64,000 bases of DNA from Nemertoderma westbladi (lineage: Eukaryota; Animalia; Xenacoelomorpha): contig JAUCBJ010007359.1 of NCBI GenBank assembly GCA_032718475.1, positions 62,001 through 126,000 on the forward strand. The letters are read 5' to 3'. A program made the position numbers and the translations under genes. Shown piece by piece: positions 1 through 12,694 of the stretch. Under the pieces are notes generated by a model, which saw only the letters and a list, made by a program, of their open reading frames with translations, did no database searches and was not told where the DNA came from. Each line of letters opens with the position of its first letter. The first letter of the stretch is position 1.

Positions 1-711
1 CAGCAGTTAAAGGGAACAGTAAGAGAGGGTAGGTTAGAACTGCAAGAAGTGCAGCAGAGTATCGCCTTAGAACGCGATAAATTAGTAAATATACAAAGTG
101 GTATACCACCACCCCCTGTAACAATGTGTCAACCTGTTAGGTCTGAAGTATTTCACGCGCAAGGTGTGGAGCCTACACGCATCTATACTGCTAGTGAAGT
201 AGAAACTCCTATAGTAAACCCTATTAAGGATAATTATAAACCTGTTGATAATGATATTCCATATAGAACTGATCATAATCCGAGAAATTTATATACCGAT
301 AATTCGATATTAAATAATACGATGGCCCAAGAAAGTTTTACGCGTCAAATGGCAAGAACCGAAGCCCATCAAGCGGTAAAGGTGGGAGAGATCATCAAGT
401 TTAACGGAGATGAGATGAAATGGTTACCTTTTAATGAATATTATAAAGATAACATACAGAACTCTGTACTATCTAACGGAGAGAAACTTAGATTCCTCAT
501 CAAGTGCTTGGAAGGATCTCCCAAGTTAATGGCGTTAAAGTTTATTGGACATCCAGATGGATTAAGACAAGTTTGGGATACACTAAACATCAGGTATGGT
601 AATAGGACTAACATAGCTAGGTATTTGTATGCGAAATTAATGGCGCCCCGAAAGTTTCTTAGCAGCGGGATTATAGAGTTTTCCGACGAGATTCAGGAGA
701 TCTGTAGATAA
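1..711 (+). pseudogene. gag: BEL/Pao gag fragment (DUF1759-like), copy A
   Basis: KFNGDEMKWLPF...LSNGEKLRFLIKCLEG...LNIRYGN. Ends in a premature stop, followed by a deletion of the zinc-knuckle region relative to copy C. Confidence 0.88.
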
Positions 712-726
712 CTAGATATCATACAT

Positions 727-2299
727 GTGTGGTGCATTATCTTGCTGCACACAGAATTTGAAAGAACCCGCACGAGTCAGGTAAGTGAGCCCGAACTACA
801 TGTCCAATTCAGTGATGTGAACGACACTGACCACAGCTCTGAGATGGAAGGATTCTACACCGACAAATTCTCCGATGAAAACGAATCCTGTTATATGACA
901 AACACCACGGTGTATCGAGCGCTTACGTATGAGACTGAAACCGATAATGAAGTCCAATCGACTATTCCGGACACACAACCAACTTGGAAAGCGCCAACTT
1001 CCAACATCGGAATCCGGGAATTCCCAGTGGTGCAGCTGAGAGTCCACGGGAAAGGTAAGAGTTTTATAGTAAATGCCCTCCTTGACTCCGGCAGCACAGG
1101 AACATTCATCGACAAAGAACTAGCCGAAGACATCTTTGCTGGACAACCCAAGTTCCGAACTAAGTTGAACCCCTTTCAGGAATTATGCAGGTTTGGAAAT
1201 CCACAGTAGCTACAGACTACTATGTAGGAGCATTGTCCACTCCCCAGGACGAACTAGGAGAACACAGCATAAGGTCAGTAAAAATGGTCGCGATAAAGAA
1301 CTTTGCTACCAGCCAAGTGGAACCTTACAACTGGGATGAAGACGATTTTACCCAGCAGCATGATATCCCTAGATTCAACACCGACTACCCAGGAGTACAG
1401 ATACTCATTGGCCAAAATGCGCATGAGGCGCTAGAGACATTAGAAAAACGGCCTGCTCGACCGCAACCATTACAAACATATGCGGGAAGAACGAGAGTAG
1501 GTTGGTACTTCACTGGACCTTCCCGTAGAACACTCATGGAAAGATTACCTAACGACCAAGTACATCAGGTGAGTGATGGGAAGAAGAAATCAGTGAGGGA
1601 GAGAACACAACTGAGGGAACACCATACTCCTCAGATAATGACGATATTAACTCTAATGTAGATCAATGGAGACATTGCCCTGGGACGATTAATCCAGCCG
1701 ACATCGCTTCCAAAGGAGCAACTCCTCAAGAACTGATAGATACTCCAGACTGGTTAGGTGGACCCGACTTCCTAAGTAAAGAAGAGGATGAATGGTCTCC
1801 TCATCTCACCACGGCTGAGATTAGACAAGCCAAGGGAGTGGAGAAAGTCAAACCTAAAACCTGGACGAGTAAATCAAAGTTATTTAAACCCGTGATTGAT
1901 CTGTCTGTACTACACATTTCAGGGGACGACGCTGTGGATCAAAACTCCCCCGCCACAAATAAATCTGTTGTGGAAATCAGAGAAAGAGACTGGAAATCTG
2001 GAACACCAGACGTCTCACAGGGGCTCTCACCTCTCCTACAGAGAGCGATAAACCACTATAGCTCCTGGAATCGGCTTTGTAAGGCCGCCGTGTATTTGAA
2101 GCGATGTTTCCATCGTCACTATTCCAGGATGAAGAAGAAACCTGGAATTGTATTCAAAACGCAGCAACTCAATCGCCCAGTTGGTCGTTTATGTTTACTG
2201 GAAAGAGACAGAGAACTATCTGGAAACTATGGAAGGCAAGATACTCTTCCCACGACCACCTCCCTAATCCAACAAACATCTAGGGACTCCCCAACGTAA
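727..2299 (+). pseudogene. Frameshifted protease plus pol remnants, copy A
   Basis: VNALLDSGS aspartic protease motif; QWRHCPGTINPADIASKG (~1665-1717, end of the Pao RNase H region); RPVGRLCLLE (BEL C-terminal motif). Split over several frames, with no RT or integrase core between them. Confidence 0.88.
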
Positions 2300-4025
2300 C
2301 AGCGTCTGGAGTGGGTGTGTGACTATATTATTTTATATTTGTTTTTATTATTTTTATATTTATGTATGTATTATTATGTAATTTTATTATAGATTTCTTT
2401 AATTTTATTTAGTAGAATGTTATTTTAGCGATTATTTAGTAGAATTAGTGCAATATATTCGTGTTTAATACTTAATTACTTATATTATATATTTAGTGCA
2501 ATGGCGAGAAATAATTCTTTTTTCTCTTTCCTTACTGTCCGTATCATATTATAAATGCGTGACTACAGTAAGATGAAATATCCGTACTTATTAAAGTACA
2601 ATAAAGCTCCTACTATACTCAAGTATTATTGGTAAGTAGAGTATTAGGAATGCAAAGTTCAGATCCTCGTGTCTCGGCTAAAACAAGCTCTGGGTAGACC
2701 TTGGAAACGACTTGCCTCTTCTCACTGACATTGCTTCTTGCAATATTGTTCTCATACCGTATATTAAATAATACATATAGTAGCGTGATGTCCCTTTAAC
2801 AGTAGCGTAAAACGCAAAATAAATCTGTTAAACCCTTTGACCATCTGTAATTCTAGTCGATTAAGATATCGCGGCACCCACCGATATACTTGTAAGACAA
2901 AATTCTAGAATCAGTGGTTAACGTCCCCAGACATGTTCTGGAATAAATCGGTGCCCATCTTAAATATTAAATAGTTAATATTTATAAAAATCTATTAAAA
3001 CAAATGTTATAATAGAGTAAATGCATACAAATAATCTCTAAGGAGTTTGTAAACCAAGAAAATCTATAAATCAAAATCTGTTAAAATTTAGATCCTTTAA
3101 AAATTCTAGTCGATTAAGATATCGTAGCACTTACCGATACTCTTAAAGGGACAAATTTCCTAGAATCAAGGATCTCAGTCCCCAGACATGTTCTGGAATA
3201 AAATTGTGTCTATTTTAATATTAAATAATAAAATTTACGGGAATAAATTCAAATTCACATCCTCTCATGAATTTGATAAATTGTCATTTTATACAATTTA
3301 TAACATTCCCAAAATTCCATTAATTAATAGATCATGGGAGCGGAGATTCACCCTATTAAGTATATTAGCGTGAGAGAATCTCCAATATATAGTCAATGGC
3401 CGATAAAATTCATAAAATCATGTATAAAGGGGAATATTGACAATTAAAGAATTACTATTAAATAGCATCCCAGATCTGTATGCATGAGAATTACCCTAAT
3501 TCTACTGCTAGCTTTCCATAATGTCACCATGGCAACAACCACGCTAGAATTAGAAGTGAGTTAAAAGAACAATAAAAAGCTTGCCCCATTGAATAGCATA
3601 CGGAATAAATAGTGCACTGCTAGTATCCAGGGATACATAATAATAACGTGGCATTCTGGAAGGCACTTGACTAACGGACAAATGGCCCGAATGTGTACAA
3701 TTTGTGACAGTTGTGTGGAATTTGTGCGTTTATAGGTGAATGTTACTACTAAAGTGTGTTTACAGTAGCGAGTCGCAGTTGTGAAAGTAGCCCTACCTCT
3801 GCAGTAAGAACCTGAAGTAAATCTAAGCCCTTGGGACAGACAGTGGAGTGACTCGCGCTGGTTGTTGTTGTCGTTGTGTAGCTACTATGTTGGCGATAGA
3901 CACAGCGGCGACAGTACATCAGCGCTGAGGAGCTTGCGCTGTCCGGGGGCATTGAGGGGGAGGCAGTAACGACCGCTAGCCTAAATTATAATTAATTATA
4001 ATATCGATAAACTCATATAGCAGCT

Positions 4026-4944
4026 ATGACTGAGTTGATAGAAGATGATCTTGGTATCAGGGAGCGATATACCCTACCATTGCAAGCGTTTGTTGATAGT
4101 TTAATACGCGGCGACGCTAGTCCACCCACTACGGAGGACGATGGCCGTTATATCGAACCGCCAATGTCAAAGGAACAGCTCACGCGTGAATTGGACTATA
4201 GAAAATTCACCGCTCGCTATACGCATCGTAATTGTACGTATATAGACTTCTTTACTACTGGCCATCCTATCGATTTACACGATATGGACGATGTAGACAC
4301 CGAAAGGGAAATGATCCTATTTAAATATCATACCCAGCGGAGTCGGAACAATAAACTGAGAATCGAAAACGAAAATTCTATTCGAAACCAACTCGAAAGA
4401 GAAGACGTTAAAGAACCGGATAAACGCAGTGACTTCAACGTATATTTGGAATTCTTGAGAGAGACATTGTAAAACTGGAGAAAGATCACCAGCGTTTCCC
4501 CTACAAGACGTGCGTCTTTGGTATTATTACGATGAATGCCCTAGACCCAACCAACACACGGAAAGACATAAACATCCGCAGAGACGTTGCGCTAAACACA
4601 GTTTTACTCGCTATATTTACGGGAGTTTCGAGCGAAACTTGTTCGACGTATCACCTACGCTCGCTCGACTCAAACGATCCTTAAATAAACCTCTGATTGG
4701 AGTTCCGGAATACTCGGTCAGACCTCCTCATTCCCTGGTGAAACCTCAGACTCTTGATCCTAATAGTATGACGGATCCTCCTGAGCTGTACTCATTGTTC
4801 AAAGATCTAGTGTTACCCGAACAATTAGTCGGTGGCACTCCGGTTGTGGGCTCCCTAGATATTCGCCCATCCTACCTAGCTGGATTGGGCTACCTTGCTA
4901 GCCTCAAAAAACTGCGTAAACGCCGTTCGCTTAAGAAGGACTAA
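4026..4944 (+). CDS. Unidentified accessory ORF(s) between pol remnant and 3' LTR, copy A (148 aa + 144 aa, probably one broken ORF)
   Basis: ATG-initiated MTELIEDDLGIRERYTLPLQAFVDSL...; homologous sequence in B (8336-8738, -) and C (~21852-23188). No recognisable domain. Confidence 0.6.
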
Positions 4945-5022
4945 CTGTTTAGAGTATTTTTATATTTTAGAAACTGTGATTTTTTATATTTTATAGAATT
5001 AAATCCCATTTTCTGGGAGCGG

Positions 5023-6144
5023 TGTAAAAGCTTTTGCGGATATAACAGGTCATTTTTCTCCGCAATATACTGTGTAGGTGTTTTAGCGGACATAACAAGC
5101 CATTTTCTCCGCAATGTACCGTGAAGGTGTTTTAGCAGACATAACAAGCTATTTTCTGCCGCAATGCGCCTAATACTCTAAAAGACTGGGACTCAGATGA
5201 CGAAATCTGCCAGCTGATTTACTGTAAACGTGGAACATCTCTTTGTTCAGCTCGCTCAACTCAGCCAATCAGAGCGATTTTCATTTTTATCTTGTACAGA
5301 GGCCTACGGGAAATCGCGCAATGCATTACGGTCTTTGTTTACCTTTCTGAGCGAGAACAACTGCTTGGAAATTCTTCTGTACTTCTGTGTTGGAAGTTTC
5401 AGACTTTGACCTAAACATCAGAAACATCAGATGGCTTTGATTACAAGAACGTAAAACTATTAACTGAATCATTGCTGAATCATACTTCATATCTGAATCA
5501 CTGAAACAACGCGGCACTACGCAACGCGATTCAACTACCGCATCACACCGCAATTCATGCATTGCTGTACATGGAACACTGCATAAGTAACACATACTGA
5601 CTGTTCACCGCATTATTTAATTCTGTTATTAATTGGTGTTATGTTGGTATATATTGCTGATATATTTGGAGAATACCGATGAATAATCATAAAACCCCAA
5701 TCTTCTTGATTACTATAGGTTAGAGGAACAGGTTTACCGGTAGCAACTGCGACTTACATTATAGTGGTTTTTGTGTGAATTGAATGCTATTTCATAATCC
5801 CTACATGTGTCAGTTGCGATCCTCCTTATATATGATCAAATTCAGTGACGGTCGGCAGATCAGTGCGCAGGAGTGTGAACTAGTGTGAAGTCGTGTGAAG
5901 TAGTGTGAAGGTTAATAAAGCATCTCCTAAAGAATGCGCTTTTTACAAAACTCAGTAGCCATCCAGTTGTGATTAGTATAAGTCATAACTCTGTTTTATA
6001 CTTAAAGTGCCACGTCCTAAAGGAACTGTTAATATTTCCCCGAAAGTAAATATATTGTCAGAGCTTATATATTAACGATCAATCGAATAATACAGTAGGT
6101 CTACACTGCAATCACTATCAAAGCATCCGAATCTCGAGTCTCCC
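5023..6144 (+). repeat. 3' LTR of copy A, truncated at its 3' end
   Basis: Starts TGTAAAAGC right after the purine tract GGGAGCGG. Homologous to LTRs at 31299-32409 (-) and 12695-13899. Homology stops at AGTCTCCC, immediately before TTAA. Confidence 0.9.
5827..5919 (+). promoter_or_regulatory. Putative LTR promoter and poly(A) signal
   Basis: TATATA at ~5827, TCAGT initiator-like motif ~33 nt later (5860), AATAAA at 5914. TATA and TCAGT keep the same spacing in copy C (~13433 and 13466). Confidence 0.45.
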
Positions 6145-6148
6145 TTAA

Positions 6149-7572
6149 CCCTATTAGTACCGGGCTATAAAATGTTGTACAAATACCGGGGGGGGGGGTC
6201 ATATTGACCCCCCCCCCCCCCCCCCCCCTACAAATATAATTTTGATAGTAATAATTTATTTTAATCGTAATAATTTAATATCTACAAATATTTACGAAAA
6301 CGTCTGATTTTTTGTTTGTACGTAGGTATCACTTGTCTGGATCCGACCGAAAAAAAAATTTTCGAAAAAATGTACTGGGGTGGTTATATTGCAGCACCAA
6401 AATTACAAGTAGTGCACAATTTTCACAAAATTTGAAAGTTACATTTTCGGCTAATTATTTTTCAATACAGGTTTTCTGGGGCGCAAAATACATTGGAAAA
6501 TATTTAAAAATGATATGATTACTATAAATGGCTGTTTAGTCCTCTCTGCATAGGAAAAAAAATGAAAAAAACAAGTAACCAGCACTTTTCAGTTAGAACA
6601 CAAAATTTTTAATTCACTTATACGATGCTATATATTCACATCAGGTTTTCGAGGGCGCTGATTCTAATGGAATACATTTCTAATATGCCAGATCATTGCT
6701 ACTTGTATTTTTCGGCGTAATTTGGCAAATTTTGGTGCTAGCACCAAATTTCGTACCCATCACCAAAAAGTACAAGTTTGCGATGTCCAGTGCTGTTTTT
6801 ATTGATTCCATCGGATTCAGGACCCTCATAAACCCGTATAACGCAAGAAACAAGGTGATACTATCTCCTTATCAATTTGCATATTTTCCAAAATTTGGTG
6901 CTGGCACAACAATTTTCACCCACCGGCGAAAAATACAAGTTTGAGAACTCTTATGAAATTTTTACTGATTCCATTGAATTCAGAACCATCACAAACCCGT
7001 ATAACGCAAGAAACAAGGTGACACAATCAATTGATATATTTGATGGTTTTCAAAATTTGGTGCTAGCACCACATTTTGCACCCACATCCGAAAAATACAA
7101 ATTTGAGATGTCTAGTTCGATAATTATATTTTCCATTGAATTCAGAACAGCCATAAACCTATAAAAGGCAAGAAATAAATTGTCACAAGCAATTTTATCT
7201 ATTGAATGGATTTTCAAAATTTCGTGCTAGCACCAAAAATTGCACACAGCACCGAAAAATACAAGTTTGATACGCTTGGTGCAACTCGTATATATTTCAT
7301 CGAATCCAGAACCCCAAATAACCCCAATTGCGTAAAAAACAAGTTTTAAACAATCAATTTACAAAATTGACTTCTTTCAAAATTTGGTGCTGGCACCAAA
7401 ATTTGGCACCCACCGAAAAAAACAAGTTTGAAATTTCTAAATCAATTTATTTGAATTCCATCCAATTTCTAACACCAAAAAACCGGTGTAAATCAAAAGT
7501 AGAGATGTTACAATTCATATTTAATGAAATGTAATTTTCAAAAAACGTCTCAAAAAAGTGCCAAAAGTAGGG
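6149..7572. mobile_element. piggyBac-like non-autonomous DNA transposon
   Basis: TTAA (6145-6148) CCCTA ... TAGGG TTAA (7573-7576). Subterminal G-run/TCATATTGA/C-run palindrome. No transposase, and the terminal inverted match is very short. Confidence 0.6.
6727..7500. repeat. ~163-bp tandem repeat, about 5 units, each with a palindrome AAATTTGGTGCTAGCACCAAATTT
   Basis: Palindrome cores at 6734, 6897, 7059, 7223 and 7386 (spacing 162-164 bp). Confidence 0.88.
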
Positions 7573-8335
7573 TTAAAAAGTCTATGTCGTATATCCAGAA
7601 ATAGTCAGAAATACGATCTCAGTAGGAGGATTCAACATTCGAAGGCTATCTCCAAATGAATTGATTCCCAATCACTAAGGGAGGTGAACAACCAGATTTA
7701 TGACACGTATTGGTACCAGTTGTTCACAGAATATCATTGTGTCCTTTCAGTCCTTGAATCAATGGCCATGGACTTGAGGGAATTATGTGTAGTTGATTAT
7801 CCACTCAACAACAAGAGGGGTGGAAGTTGATATTATAAATACCAACACAATGGTACATGGACAGGAGGTGCGGACACCAATATAAGCATCCAAATAAACA
7901 GTAAGGGATGGGGAGGTTTAGTAGGAGGTGGTACGATCAATATCCCGATACGACAATGATTGGTCGATCATCTCCCGAAAGCTCTGAGCGCGTTGGGTAG
8001 AGAAGATGGGAAGAAGAGGGTTTCTCTATCAACGTCTTGTATCCTCGATAGCGATGGATAGAGGGAGAATAGTGACAGGAAGGAGGAAGGATATGTGGGT
8101 AGTATCCAGAGATACCACAATGGACATGTTTTCCTTTCACGTCATTACTCATTCTTACTCTTTGATTGTGACACTGATCACAATAATTGCAGGAAGAGGA
8201 TGAGGTAAGAGGAAATTACAGCCTCCCGAAGGAGACCGCCCGCGAGCACCCGCGCCCCGGGGAAAACTATTCACATTATGGACCCTGGACATTAACGTAT
8301 GTTTTTTTCTCCAGCTGGTTTTCCTCAACTTGTCT

Positions 8336-8738
8336 TTACAAACATTCTTCCACATTCTCTCTTTCGAGTCGGTTTCGAATAGAATTTTCATGTTTGATTC
8401 TCAGTTTATCATTCCGACTCTGATGGGTATGATATTTAAATAGAATCATTTCCCTTTCGGTGTCTACATCGTCCGTATCGTGTAAATCGATAGGATGACC
8501 AGTAGTTAAGAAGTCCATATACGTACCATTACGATGCGTATATATAGCGAGCGGTGAATTTTCTATAGTCCAATTCACGCTTGAGCCGTTCCTTTGACAT
8601 TGGCGGTTCGATATAACAGCCATCGTTTTCCGTAGTATGTTGACTAGCGTCGCAGCTTATCAAACTATCAACAAACGCTTGCAGTGGTAGGGTATATCGC
8701 TCCCTGATACCAAGATCATCTTCTATCAACTCCGTCAT
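8336..8738 (-). pseudogene. Accessory ORF homologue in copy B (frameshifted)
   Basis: MTELIEDDLGIRERYTLPLQAFVDSL... and YTHRNGTYMDFLTTGHPIDLHD in two frames. Confidence 0.75.
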
Positions 8739-10535
8739 AGCTGCTATATGAGTTTATTGATATTAGAGTAAATAATAATTAGGCTAGCGGTCGTCGCTGC
8801 CTCCCCCTCAGTGCCCCGGACAGCGCAAGATCCTCAGCGCTGATGTACTGTCGTCGCTGTGCCTCTCGTCAACGTAGTAGCTATACAACGACAACAATAA
8901 CCAGCGCGAGTCACTCCACTGTCCGTCCCAAGGGCTTAGATATACTGGAGGTACTTGCTAAAGAGGCAGGGTAACTTTCACAACTGCGACTCGCTACTGT
9001 AAACACACTTTAGTAGTAACATTCACCTATAAATACACAAATTCCACATTCCTGTCACAATTTGTACAAATTAGGGCCATTTGTCAGTTAGTCAAGTGCC
9101 TTCCAGAATGCCACGTTATTATTATGTATCCCTGGATACTAGCAAGGTGCTATTTATTCCGCATGCTATTCAATGGGACAAGCTTTCTATTGTTCTTTTA
9201 ACTCGCTTCTAATTCTAGCGTGGTTGTTACTATGGTAACATTATGGAAAGCTAGCGGTAGAATTAGAGAAATACTCATGCATACAGATCTGGGATGCTAT
9301 TTAATAGTGATTCTTTAATTGTCAATATTCCCTTTATACATGATTTTATGAATTTTATCGGCTATTGACCGTACACTGGATATTCTCTTACACTAATATA
9401 CTTAATAGGGTGAATCTCCCCACTCCCATGATCTATTAATTAGTGGAATTTTGGGAATGTTATAAATTGTATAAAATGACAATTTATCAAATTCATGAGA
9501 GGATATGAATTTAAAATTTATTCCCGTGAATTTTATTATTTGATATTAAAATAGATACAATTTTATTCCAGAACATGTCTGGGAACTAGGATCCTTAATT
9601 CCGGAAATTTGTCTTTTAAGAGTATCGGTAAGTACTACGATACTTTAATCGACTAGAATTTTAGAGGATCTAAATTTTAAACAGATTTTGATTTATAGAT
9701 TTTCTAGAGTCAATTTGTTAGCATTTCCTCTATTTTAGCATTTGTTTTAACAGATTTTATAAATATTTATTAAATATTTAATATTTAAGATGGGCACCGA
9801 TTTATTCCAGAACATGTTTGGGGACGTTAACCACTGATTCTAGAATTTTGTATTTCAAGTATATCGGTGGGTGCCGCGATATCTTAATCGACTAGAATTT
9901 CAGATGGTCAAAGGGTTTAACAGATTTATCTGAAGATTTATTAACAGATTTATTTAATAGGTTTCATTAATACCATTAATATTTGTTAATATTTTGGGCT
10001 TCAACACTACTGTTAAATGGACATCATTCTACTATATGTATTATTTAATATACGGTATGAGAGCAATATTGCAAGAAGCAATGTCAGTGAGAAGAGGCAA
10101 GTCGTTTCCAAGGTCTACCCAGAGCTTGGTTTAGCCGAGACACGAGGATCTGAACTTTGCATTCCTAATACTCTACTTACCAATAATACTTGAGTATAGT
10201 AGGGGCGGTATTTTGTACTTTTAATAAGTACGGACATTTCATCTCACTGTAGTCACATATTTATAGTATGATACGGACAGTAAGGAAAGAGAAAATGAAT
10301 TATTTCTCGCCGTTAAACGAAATATATAATGCTAAGTAATTAAGTAATAAACACGAATATATATTGCACTAATCTACTGAATAATCGCTAAAATATTATT
10401 CTACTAAATAAAATTAAAGAAAACGATTATAATAATAAAATTAAGTAATAATACATACATAAATATAAAATAATAAAAAAATATAAAATAATGTAGTCAC
10501 ACACCCACTCCAGACGTTGTTACGTTGAGGAGTCC

Positions 10536-12689
10536 CTAGATGTTTGTTGGATTAGGGAGGTGGTTGTGGGAAGTGTATCTTGCCTTCAGACGAAACCTAT
10601 CAGACACTCTATAAGTGGGAAGGTCTTTAATAGCATGGACCTTTTCAGATACTATTGGAGCAGTATCACTAGCGATCTTCGTCCTGGAATAGTGATGATG
10701 GAAACATCTTTTCAGATACACAACAGCCTTGCAAAGCCGATTCCAGGAGCTATAATGATCTATTGCTCTTTGTAGGAGAGGGGAGAGTCCTTGCGAGACG
10801 TCTGGTGTTCCAGATTTCCAGTCTCTTTCCCGGATTTCTATAACGGATTTATTCGTATTTCTCTTAACATCCGTGGGTATGTTTAGATCTATAGCGTCGT
10901 CACCGGAGGCATGTAGTACAGACAGATCTATCATGTGTTTGAATAACTTTGATTTACTCGTCCGGGTTTTAGGTTTGACTTTCTCCACTCCCTTGGCTTG
11001 TCTAATCTCCGCCGTGGTGAGATGAGGGGGCCATTCCTCCTCTTCTTTACTCAGGAAGTCGGGTCCACCTAACCAGTCTGGAGTATCTATCAATTCTTTA
11101 GTAGTTGCTCCTCTGGAAGCGATGTCAGCTGGATTAATCATCCCAGGACAATTTCTCCATTGATCTATATTAGAGCGACTGAGTATATGTTTATCGTCGT
11201 TATCTGAGGGGTATGGGGTTTCCTCAGCTGGGATTCCTTCTTCACTCATTTCTTCTTCCCATTCACTCACCTGGTGGACTCGTTCACTTGGGAGTCTTTC
11301 CAGTAAAGTCCTATGGGAAGGTCCAGTAAAGTACCAACCTACTCTCGTTCTTCCCGCATACGTCTGGAGTGGTCGCGGGTCGAGCAGGCCGTTTTTCTAA
11401 TGTCTCAAGCGCCTCGTGTGCATTTTGGCCGAGTAAAATCTGCACCCCTGGATAATCCGTATTGAATCTAGGTATATTGTGTTGCTGGGTAAAATGGTCT
11501 TCATCCCAGTTGTAAGGATCCACTTGGCTAATAGCAAAGTTCTTTATCGACTATTTTCTCCTAGTTCATCCTGGGGAGTGGATAACGCACCCACGTAGTA
11601 ATCTGTGGCTACTGTGGATTTCCAAACCTGCATAATTCCGGAAAGGTTCAATTTGGTTCGGAACTTTGGTTGACCATCAAAGATATCTTCGGCTAGGTCT
11701 TTGTCGATAAAGGTGCCTGTGCTGCCGGAGTCAAGGAGGGCGTTTACTATCAAGCTCTTCCCTATCTCATGGACCCTCAATTGCACCACCGGGAATTCTC
11801 GGATCCCTACAGATGAAGTTGGCTTTCCAGAGAGCTGACTTTCTGGAATAGGCAGTCGAGGATCTTCTCCATCTATTTCTGTCTCGTATGTAAGTGCTCG
11901 ATACACAGCTGTGTTGATCATATAACAGGATTCATGTTTGTCGGAGAATTCATCCGTGTAGAATCTTTCCATCTCTGAACTGTGGTCAGTGTCGTTCACA
12001 TCACTGAATTGGACATGTAGTTCGGGCTCACTTACCTGACTCGTACGGGTTCTGTCAAATTCTGTGTGCAGATGATGTTTTGCGCCGCACTTAGCACACT
12101 TCGCGTCTGAGTAACATGTCCGTCGTTGATGTCCTCGTCTGAGGCAATTATAACACAACCGCTTATCCCACATGACATCACGTCTATCCTTCAGGGATTT
12201 CTTTAAGAATTCATCACACCCACTCAAGCGATGTGGCCCGTCGCACAATACACATTTAGGTTTGATGTTACTTACCTTAACCTGTGTTGTGTTGTGCACA
12301 CTTGTTCTTTCTTCGGGCTTTCTTCCATGAATTCTCTTAGGAGATGTAGGGGGAGTTGTTACTTGTTCTCTCCTGTCACTGGTTCGAGACTTAGATTTAC
12401 TTACGTCTTTCCTAACTTTATTGACATAATAAAATCTTTTGGTGTCCTTACCGCTGTTCTCATCGTAGGAAGTTTGGCTTTCGCCGTCGTCCGTATAACA
12501 CACTGGTGTTAACTTTCTCCTAGTAACGGGTTTTTCACTTACCTTACTTTCCGGTGTCTTCTCTCTGGACTGCTTTAGGAGGGTCTCTTTGTTGCTGGTC
12601 CATCATATAGAGAACCTTTTTGTCCCAGCGAGTACCTACTCCACCCTTTGGCAAAGTAGATGCTACGGCTCCAACAACCATAGAACTCT
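10536..12689 (-). pseudogene. gag C-terminus (zinc knuckles), protease and pol remnant of copy B
   Basis: CVLCDGPHRLSGC, CYNCLRRGHQRRTC, CAKCGAKHHLH; ALLDSGS; QWRNCPGMINPADIASRG; several frameshifts. Confidence 0.9.
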
Positions 12690-12694
12690 GGTAT

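Larger units (their letters stand above)
1..6144 (+). mobile_element. BEL/Pao LTR retrotransposon, non-autonomous, copy A (5' part outside the window, 3' LTR truncated)
   Basis: Colinear with copy C (~17560-24260): gag DUF1759-like region, ALLDSGS protease, NPADIASxG motif, long 3' region, PPT and TG-starting LTR. Confidence 0.92.

Noticed and set aside
5185-5215. CAGATGA..CGAAA as a hammerhead ribozyme core in the LTR
   Set aside because: It lacks the CTGANGA core and stem II, and is not conserved in the B and C LTRs.
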